From assembly GCA_964403585.1 (NCBI GenBank), contig CAYOFQ010000001.1, forward strand, positions 12,456 through 76,455: a DNA stretch of 64,000 nt. Direction: 5' to 3'. Position numbers and translations under genes: made by a program. Source of the DNA: an uncultured Gammaproteobacteria bacterium. Its GTDB lineage: Bacteria > Patescibacteriota > Microgenomatia > JALYQM01. Shown here piece after piece: positions 54,291-64,000 of this stretch (position 1 is its first letter; the number at the start of each line of letters is the position of its first letter). Under the pieces are notes generated by a model that searched no databases, had not been told where the DNA came from, and was given only the letters and a program-made list of their open reading frames with translations.

Positions 54291-54677
54291 ATGGAATTAG
54301 TGCTTGTTGTATTTACTTCCATTTATATAATTCCGTTGCTTCTTGGTGTAGGAATAACAGTCTATACACTAAAGTTAATACACTGGAAAAAGGACTATAT
54401 TGCAACAAGTATTCTCGGTGTTCTATGTACAATCCTGTTTGCACCGTTATTCCTGGTAAGCCAAATAACAGGACCATACACTCTTTTCGAAGCGGCGCAA
54501 CTTATCATTACGATAGTACCGCCTTTGGCTGCATTGGGAATAGTTGTTGGGACAATAGCAAGCTGGATTTTCAGGAATAGTGAACCATATACATTTCGCA
54601 GTATATATTACTCAGTACTAAGCACACTGTCACCGACAGTATTCGTAATAATTACACAATTAATGCAAGCAATTTGA
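54291..54677 (+). CDS. Hypothetical small membrane protein (4 TM)
   Basis: Hydrophobic ORF only. Confidence 0.4.
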   Translation: MELVLVVFTSIYIIPLLLGVGITVYTLKLIHWKKDYIATSILGVLCTILFAPLFLVSQITGPYTLFEAAQLIITIVPPLAALGIVVGTIASWIFRNSEPYTFRSIYYSVLSTLSPTVFVIITQLMQAI

Positions 54678-54705
54678 AGTAATTTGGTATAATGGTGCAA
54701 CCTGT

Positions 54706-55413
54706 ATGTCAGATAAGAGTATTCCTAATCATATCGCCATAATCCCCGACGGGAACCGTCGGTGGGCCAAAGAACGGGGCCTCCCAACTCTGGAAGGACA
54801 CAAAAAGGGCGCTGAAGCCTTTGTAGAGGTCGCTAAAGCTGCCCGTCAAAGAGGTGTGCATACACTAACCGGCTGGGCATTTTCAACAGAAAATTGGGAA
54901 AGAGACCTTGGCGAAGTACGCTATCTCATGGCTCTTTTCAAAGCCTTGATTGAACCAAACGAAAAATTAGCCCATCAAGATCAAGTACGCATCCGCATGT
55001 TAGGACGGCGAGACCGTTTACCCAAAGACCTGCTTAAAGAAATCGAGAGAGTCGAGGAGGATACATCACACTACACAAAATACGATCTTAATATATGTCT
55101 TGACTACGGCGGACAAAACGAGATAGTTCGAGCAATAAATAAGGCTTTAAAAGAGGGTAAAAAAGAAATAACGGAAAAAGAATTTGAACAGTATCTGGAT
55201 ACAGCTACTCAAAGCTATCCAAACCCAGACTTACTGATACGTACTTCAGGTGAACAGCGCACCTCGGGATTATTACCGTATCAACTGGTGTATGCCGAGC
55301 TCTATTTTGAACCCTCTCCGATGCCGGAGTTCAATATTGAAAAACTGGATAAAGCCTTGGAAGTCTATGCCAATCGGGACCGCCGGTTCGGCGGCAACTC
55401 GGCTAAGAAGTAG
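54706..55413 (+). CDS. uppS: Undecaprenyl-diphosphate synthase (cis-isoprenyl transferase)
   Basis: HIAIIPDGNRRWA and ...GWAFSTENW..R..EV..L are conserved UppS motifs. Confidence 0.9.
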   Translation: MSDKSIPNHIAIIPDGNRRWAKERGLPTLEGHKKGAEAFVEVAKAARQRGVHTLTGWAFSTENWERDLGEVRYLMALFKALIEPNEKLAHQDQVRIRMLGRRDRLPKDLLKEIERVEEDTSHYTKYDLNICLDYGGQNEIVRAINKALKEGKKEITEKEFEQYLDTATQSYPNPDLLIRTSGEQRTSGLLPYQLVYAELYFEPSPMPEFNIEKLDKALEVYANRDRRFGGNSAKK

Positions 55414-55471
55414 TAAAGACTCATATTTTGTATCTTGCAGTAAGCTTTAAAATAATTTATTAGATAAAGTA

Positions 55472-55900
55472 ATGGCTACAATCGCAGAAGCAAGTCTTGA
55501 TCTTCATACATATATAGTAAAGCCTGCTGGCGAGGATCAAAATCGGGAAGTTCAAAATAGCCGCTCTCGACAGGAAGACAAGGCTCAACGACGAAGAATG
55601 AGAAGCGCAGTAGAGCTAACCTTCTCTCATATATATAGTGCTGTCGCACCACATTTTAAACCGGAAAAAGTTGAACCGGTGCCGACCAACGCAATGATTT
55701 GTGCAGCCGAATATGTAACTGCCATCCGGGCACTACGAGCCATTCAAATATTTCACAGCCAGTATCGGACTGCAGCCGAAAGGGAGGCAGGAATGCCCAA
55801 TTTTACAGGGATCCTCAGTTACAGCACCCGCCCCGATTCACCGGGTAATTCCAACATGGAAGCGGAGGTCTTAGGCCTTGACTTATCCCGCATGAAATGA
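55472..55900 (+). CDS. Hypothetical protein
   Basis: 142-aa ORF with no recognisable motif. Confidence 0.35.
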   Translation: MATIAEASLDLHTYIVKPAGEDQNREVQNSRSRQEDKAQRRRMRSAVELTFSHIYSAVAPHFKPEKVEPVPTNAMICAAEYVTAIRALRAIQIFHSQYRTAAEREAGMPNFTGILSYSTRPDSPGNSNMEAEVLGLDLSRMK

Positions 55901-56142
55901 TATAACTACTTCACTGTTAAACAAGTCATGTTCGTACAATTTCAAGGGAAATCAATGACGAATTCTGCCTCAAAATATAGAAACAACCATAATTTTAACA
56001 CTATTCTATATTTTCCCTAAAAAACGAACACTCATATAAATAAGGTAAGTAAAGTTAGCAAAGGATAAGTGCAAAACCTTTGTTTTTTTGTGTGAATTTG
56101 AGGAAATAGCGTCCAGCACAAAAGTGCCCAAGATTGACCTGT

Positions 56143-56172
56143 TGCAAATTGAGTAACAAACAGGTAGAATCA
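56143..56172 (+). promoter_or_regulatory. Candidate sigma70-type promoter for the tRNA-Ala/23S/5S transcription unit
   Basis: TTGCAA-17 nt-TAGAAT about 90 nt upstream of tRNA-Ala. Confidence 0.35.
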
Positions 56173-56257
56173 AAAAACTTGAATCAAGCAAGTTCGAGGG
56201 GGCTGGAGGCGAAGACATACCTTAATGTCGAGCCGGAAGTCCTGAGTTATAGACGAA

Positions 56258-56330
56258 GGGCCGCTAGCTCATTTGGTAGAGCGCCTCGTTTGCACCGAGG
56301 AGGTGAGGAGTTCGAGCCTCCTGCGGTCCA
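56258..56330 (+). tRNA. tRNA-Ala (TGC)
   Basis: Acceptor GGGCCGC/GCGGTCC with a G3:U70 pair (the alanine identity element), D arm GCTC..GAGC, anticodon stem CCTCG/CGAGG, loop TTTGCAC, T arm AGGAG-TTCGAGC-CTCCT. Confidence 0.85.
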
Positions 56331-56664
56331 CACACCAGTAAGATGTCTTTATGATGGTGTCAGTGAGTATTTCGGTACTCGCCGCCATCATAAAGCTATC
56401 TTAAATTGACGACCATAGCCTTAACAGGGAGTCAAGCAGATAATAGCTTGCCACTGGTTACGAGCCAGTATTAGTACCTTAACAAGTGAATAGTGAAATA
56501 TATCTCAATTTAAATCTAACAAGGTTTTTTTGAGTGTAATTCCGCATCTGATTTTGTCGCAAGACAAAATCACTCAGACACGTAAGTGTCTGAGTACAAT
56601 GATCAATTTAATATTGATCACCTTTGAAGATAAAAAAATATAAAATGTAAATGTTAAAAACTAC

Positions 56665-59590
<2,926 letters not shown>

Positions 59591-59925
59591 ATTGCGAACG
59601 CATACCTATGTGCGGAGCAATTTACCCTGAGCTATAAGCGAAGGGTTAGCATTTACATTAATAGGACAAATCGGAATTACAAAATTGACTTTCAGGAGTC
59701 CGGAATCGGGAGAAACGAACATCCCGCAAGGGAAAATTCCATGGATCTTCCGGTTCCATACTTCTGTCTGCGTTCACTATTCACTTTTTAAGGTACTAAT
59801 AAGCCGAAAGCGAAGACACTTTGTCGAGCCTTAGGTCCTGAGCTATAAGCGAAGGAAAACATTAACATTAAAATCTCGAATGAGTAATCGAAAAATAGGG
59901 TAGGAAGTTCATACTTTATTTCTCG

Positions 59926-60026
59926 GTTATTCGAGCGACATGGTACCACCTCTTCCCATCCCGAACAGAGAAGTGAAACGTGTTAGCGGTGACGATACTG
60001 GGGTCGCAAGGCCCGGGGAAAATAAC
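59926..60026 (+). rRNA. rrf: 5S ribosomal RNA
   Basis: CCACCTCTTCCCATCCCGAACAGAGAAGTGAAACGTGTTAGCGGTGACGATACTGGGG is 5S loop B/C/helix IV-like. The ends are approximate. Confidence 0.75.
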
Positions 60027-60046
60027 TCATAGCCGGGATTAACATC

Positions 60047-60073
60047 AAAGCCACCTTAACGGGTGGCTTTTTT
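60047..60073 (+). terminator. Intrinsic terminator after 5S rRNA
   Basis: aaaGCCACCttaacGGGTGGCttttttgtg: a stem followed by a T6 run. Confidence 0.7.
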
Positions 60074-60121
60074 GTGATTTTAACCATGGTCTGATCGCAA
60101 AAAACCTTCTACACTGTTAGC

Positions 60122-62182
60122 GTGGAAGAAAATTCAAGCTATGTCCTGACCCCCATAGAGCTCTCCAAAATTCATTGGAAATCACAAGCTTTAGCTCATT
60201 TCATAATTGGCATACCAATGGGGACGTTAACGACACTTTTTTGGGGAATAAGTATCACTTCCGTTTTAGGAGGAATTGCAGTTTGGTATCTTTTCCTCTA
60301 TATCTTTATTTACTTTCCCTTATATGGAATTATTCCCATATTTACATTAAAGGCAATTCAGGGTACAAACAAAAAATTAGCAGCCAGACAATTCTCAAAA
60401 ATATCTAATCAGGAAGCAATTGAGTTAATCAAATTCCTTATCAGCCTACCAATCAAAACTATTCCCTATGTCATGATTCTGGAGGTTTCCGCCTTTATCG
60501 CTGGAGCATTCCTTTGGCAGCTTGGTTTTGTACCTGAGCTATTACCTTTAATTGATATGGCGACCATTGAAACAATAATCTTAGGATTTGTTGTAAGCTT
60601 AAGCGCTGCATTATTAAACTTTGCACTGATTGAAGACAAAGCAGGCAATTCCATTCAAGTATTATTACAAAAAAAGCCTCACCTGCGAAAAGCTAACTTG
60701 AGAAGATCCCACATCTCTCTGAGCAAAAAAATCTTCATCCTTATCACTATCACCAGCTTCATCGGAGTATTTTCAATTTTATTGTTCTTTACTTCATATT
60801 TAGTAATTACTAATCCCGAAAAAGTCGGGATTAATTTAATGTACATAACTGCCGTACTACTCTTTACCTTGTTATATATTATTGTACTAGCCCCCATAAT
60901 CTCAAAAAACGTAACAAGGCCCCTCAAGCTTCTTATCAGTTGGAGTGAAAAAGTAAGTAAAGGCGATCTGAAAAGCCGCATATTATACGTAACTGATGAT
61001 GAAATAGATGATTTAATTAGTGATTCAAACAATATGATTGAGCACCTCGAGAATACCGAACAAAAGTTAGTTGAAAGTATGGAGGAAATATCGAGCGATA
61101 AAGACATTATTACGACAGAAAGAAATAAACTCAGCACAATAATTTCGGAGATCGAAGAGGGCATTATCACTTTGGATTCAACCTTTAGCCTTATATTAAT
61201 TAATAAAATGGCACAGCAAATGATTGGAATAGAAGAACAATCCGCGCTCGGTGAAAATATTGACAAAATCCTCATCATTGCCGACGCCAGCGACGATCAA
61301 ACCGAGGTAAAAGAAGAGTTAAAGCGACTATATCAAGGCACTATAACGGATGTTTTTTCCAAAGGAAACTATAAAATCCTCAAAACCAACAAATACGTAA
61401 CTATCAAAGCACGGTATTTTACGAGCAATTTTGATCAAAAAGTATACTTTATTATAACAATCAGAGATGTAACAAATCTTATGGCTCTTGAAGAAATGAG
61501 GTTGGATTTTGTATCTATGGCGGCTCATGAACTGCGTACGCCTCTAACTTCTATTAGAGGATATGTGGATATGTTCATCGAAGACAATAAAAACAACCTT
61601 ACGCCGGAGGGGTTAACTGACTTAACTCGGGCCGGAGATTCCGCTAAGCGGCTTGCCGAATTAGTAGATAACCTGCTAAATGTAGCCAAAATCGAACGGG
61701 GCAGTTTTCAAATGAATAGAGAGCCGATTGACTGGGTGGAAACCGTACAAGTTATAACCGAGCAACTAAAGGTTAACTGTAAAAATAAGCGCATTAGCCT
61801 TGAATTTAAAAATCCGGGCGTTACAGTACCGCATGTTATGGCGGATAAACTACGAATAACCGAAGTACTTTCGAATTTAATCACCAACGCCATTAACTAT
61901 ACTCAGGAAGGGGGAGAAATTAAGGTGTGGATCGAGGCAAACGGTTCTCAAATTACCACCCACGTTAAAGACAATGGACCAGGTATCGCACCTGAATCCC
62001 AAAAATACCTTTTCACTAAATTCTTCCGAGCCAAAAGATCACTAGAACAGGGAGTACATGGCACGGGATTAGGATTATATATGTCCAAATCTATAGTTGA
62101 AATGCATAACGGCAAAATTTGGTTTAGTTCAGAAGTAGGAAAAGGATCAACTTTTAGTTTTTATCTTCCCGTTAGTTCCTAA
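60122..62182 (+). CDS. Sensor histidine kinase with polytopic N-terminal membrane domain (~8 TM), PAS-like region, HisKA and HATPase_c domains
   Basis: H-box MAAHELRTPLTSIRGY, N-box VLSNLITNAINYT, G-boxes DNGPGIAPE and GTGLGLYMSKSIVEMHNG. The GTG start in the track is uncertain. No response-regulator gene is adjacent. Confidence 0.8.
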   Translation: MEENSSYVLTPIELSKIHWKSQALAHFIIGIPMGTLTTLFWGISITSVLGGIAVWYLFLYIFIYFPLYGIIPIFTLKAIQGTNKKLAARQFSKISNQEAIELIKFLISLPIKTIPYVMILEVSAFIAGAFLWQLGFVPELLPLIDMATIETIILGFVVSLSAALLNFALIEDKAGNSIQVLLQKKPHLRKANLRRSHISLSKKIFILITITSFIGVFSILLFFTSYLVITNPEKVGINLMYITAVLLFTLLYIIVLAPIISKNVTRPLKLLISWSEKVSKGDLKSRILYVTDDEIDDLISDSNNMIEHLENTEQKLVESMEEISSDKDIITTERNKLSTIISEIEEGIITLDSTFSLILINKMAQQMIGIEEQSALGENIDKILIIADASDDQTEVKEELKRLYQGTITDVFSKGNYKILKTNKYVTIKARYFTSNFDQKVYFIITIRDVTNLMALEEMRLDFVSMAAHELRTPLTSIRGYVDMFIEDNKNNLTPEGLTDLTRAGDSAKRLAELVDNLLNVAKIERGSFQMNREPIDWVETVQVITEQLKVNCKNKRISLEFKNPGVTVPHVMADKLRITEVLSNLITNAINYTQEGGEIKVWIEANGSQITTHVKDNGPGIAPESQKYLFTKFFRAKRSLEQGVHGTGLGLYMSKSIVEMHNGKIWFSSEVGKGSTFSFYLPVSS

Positions 62183-62505
62183 CCAACATAGAATTTGCTC
62201 TATAACTATGTTATAACGGGGACAGTGTTAAGTTCTGAAAAGCTCCTAATCTCCGGAACTACTTCTCTCCGGAACGCTTCTGGTAAGTGGATTTATTGAC
62301 GTTAATAGGCCGGTGAGAAATGAATGGACAGGAATAAAGATCATTTCTGCAGGATATCTGCTATTGGAAGGGGGAATCAATGGTCCACGCAGAGTATTAG
62401 CTGAAGAAGAAAAAGTATATAAAAGATTACGCAAAATAGATCAAAATAAATCAGATTCTTTGCCACTTGCCCAAAAAGAATAGAACTCCTACGATATTCC
62501 TATCT

Positions 62506-63042
62506 ATGCCCAACTCAAATGCTAAAGGTTTCACGCTTATTGAATTGCTGGTTGTTATTGCCGTAGTCGGCGTATTGTCGGTAATCGTCCTTTTTGCAGT
62601 TAACCCTGGTGAAAATCTGAAAAAAAGCCGTGACTCGGTTCGTATCCAGGACATTACCAATATCCGTAAAGCTATTGATGCCGATATCGCCGACGGCGCA
62701 GCAGTCTCGCTACCGCTTGCCGCGTGCCCGTATAACACTCCCTGTAAATCCACCGCCTCAGAAACAAGAGACGCCGACGGAACGGGGTGGATTCCCGTCA
62801 ACATTCAGAAATATATCTCCGTCCTGCCGGTTGACCCTCGAAATGAGGCGGGCGGCGTCCGAAACTCTGCCGGCAATGCTGTAACTCTGTATTACTATTT
62901 CGCCTCAGACGGCCAAACCTACCGCCTCGCTACCTACCTGGAAAGCACCGCCAATGCCGCTAAAACCACCGGGGACGGCGGCACCGAGCCGGATATGCTC
63001 GAAGTCGGTACCAATTTAACGACCGATCTGGCCACCCCGTAG
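62506..63042 (+). CDS. Type IV pilin / pseudopilin (prepilin N-terminal cleavage-methylation domain)
   Basis: MPNSNAKG|FTLIELLVVIAVVGVLSVIV is the class-III signal with the G-1/F+1 cleavage site and Glu+5. A Cys pair (CPYNTPC) is consistent with a pilin disulfide loop. The ORF track start at 62467 is over-extended. Confidence 0.75.
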   Translation: MPNSNAKGFTLIELLVVIAVVGVLSVIVLFAVNPGENLKKSRDSVRIQDITNIRKAIDADIADGAAVSLPLAACPYNTPCKSTASETRDADGTGWIPVNIQKYISVLPVDPRNEAGGVRNSAGNAVTLYYYFASDGQTYRLATYLESTANAAKTTGDGGTEPDMLEVGTNLTTDLATP

Positions 63043-63114
63043 GCTTCCCAGTTGTAACATCAGGCTGGTTCTGCTAAAATCCTCTGTATCTATAAAAGAA
63101 AAGAGGTGACACAA

Positions 63115-64000
63115 ATGGCAAAAACAGCTACATCAGAGCCCCAGACAATGGACGAACTGATGAAGGAATTTGAAGGCAAACAATTGGGCGTCTTCAAAAG
63201 CCAGACTCTTGAAGGTAAGATCATTTCCATCAACCCGAAAGAGATGCTCGTAGATATTGGCGCTAAGTCTGAAGGAGTCGTCTCCGGACGCGAACTCGAC
63301 GCAGTACGCGAATATCTCAAAGACTACAAAGTCGGTGACCCTGTTACCGTAACCGTAGTTCAGCCTGAAAACGACATGGGACAAGTAATGTTGTCACTCC
63401 GTCAGGCATCAGGCGAAAAGCGCTGGCAGACCTTCTACGACAAATATGAATCCGAAGAAGCAGTTGAAGTCAAAGGTATCGAAGTCAACAAAGGCGGACT
63501 TATCGTTGAAACCGACGGCATTCGTGGCTTCATTCCGTCGTCTCAGTTCTCAGCACAGCATCTCGGTAAAATCAACGATTTGGTCGGCAAAATGATTACC
63601 GCTAAAGTGATCGAAGTCGACAAGAAATCTAACCGGCTCGTTCTCTCCGAAAAAGCAATGCACCAGGCCGAAAGCCAAACTGCAATGAATGAACTCGCCC
63701 CAGGGCAGGAATACGACGGTATTGTATCTTCAGTCTTGCCATTTGGTGTTTTCGTAAACATCAATGGCGCGGAAGGATTAGTACACGTCTCCGAAATATC
63801 CTGGGAGAAGGTAACCAACCCGGCCGACTATTACCGACAAGGCGACAAAGTTCGCGTGTCTGTATTATCGGTTGATCCGGATGCAGGCAAACTTAATCTT
63901 TCTATCAAACAACTCCAACCGAACCCATGGAAAGAATTAAGCGATAAATACTCAATCGGCGATAAAATTAAAGGTACCGTAACCAAGAGCTCAGCTTATG
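63115..64000 (+). CDS. rpsA: 30S ribosomal protein S1 (partial, continues beyond the window end)
   Basis: Manual translation from ATG 63115, after the AAGAGGTG Shine-Dalgarno sequence, gives an open frame to the window end with repeated S1 domains (GKIISINPKEMLVDIGAKSEG.V, GIEVNKGGLIVETDGIRGFIP, GIVSSVLPFGVFVNINGAEGLVHVSEIS). Absent from the ORF track because no stop lies in the window. Confidence 0.85.
   Translation, partial: MAKTATSEPQTMDELMKEFEGKQLGVFKSQTLEGKIISINPKEMLVDIGAKSEGVVSGRELDAVREYLKDYKVGDPVTVTVVQPENDMGQVMLSLRQASGEKRWQTFYDKYESEEAVEVKGIEVNKGGLIVETDGIRGFIPSSQFSAQHLGKINDLVGKMITAKVIEVDKKSNRLVLSEKAMHQAESQTAMNELAPGQEYDGIVSSVLPFGVFVNINGAEGLVHVSEISWEKVTNPADYYRQGDKVRVSVLSVDPDAGKLNLSIKQLQPNPWKELSDKYSIGDKIKGTVTKSSAY

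Overview
The window looks like a small, AT-moderate bacterial chromosome segment, consistent with a Candidate Phyla Radiation (CPR)-like lineage, spanning the replication origin. The origin module reads rpmH-rnpA-yidD-yidC-jag on the plus strand, with dnaA, an oriC cluster of DnaA boxes, dnaN and a DUF721 gene on the minus strand. Immediately beside it is a single 8.6-kb gene for a 2880-aa multidomain protein. The rest is housekeeping (valS, groES/groEL, rplY, pth, uppS, ftsB-like, xer recombinase, PBP1A, D-Ala-D-Ala carboxypeptidase, M23 peptidase, partial rpsA) plus cell-envelope and surface functions. These include a GH8 / BcsA-like GT2 / GT39-like / GH8 polysaccharide locus, a TasA-like protein with a SipW-type signal peptidase, a type IV pilin next to a histidine kinase, a sortase, a VanW protein, and a fusion of an epimerase-like domain to a transmembrane extracellular domain. 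There is an unlinked 23S-5S rRNA pair preceded by tRNA-Ala and a tRNA(CAT). A family of about 130-200-bp intergenic repeats occurs at least four times. No CRISPR array and no clear mobile element are visible. Protein identities come from motifs read directly in the translations; no database searches were run.
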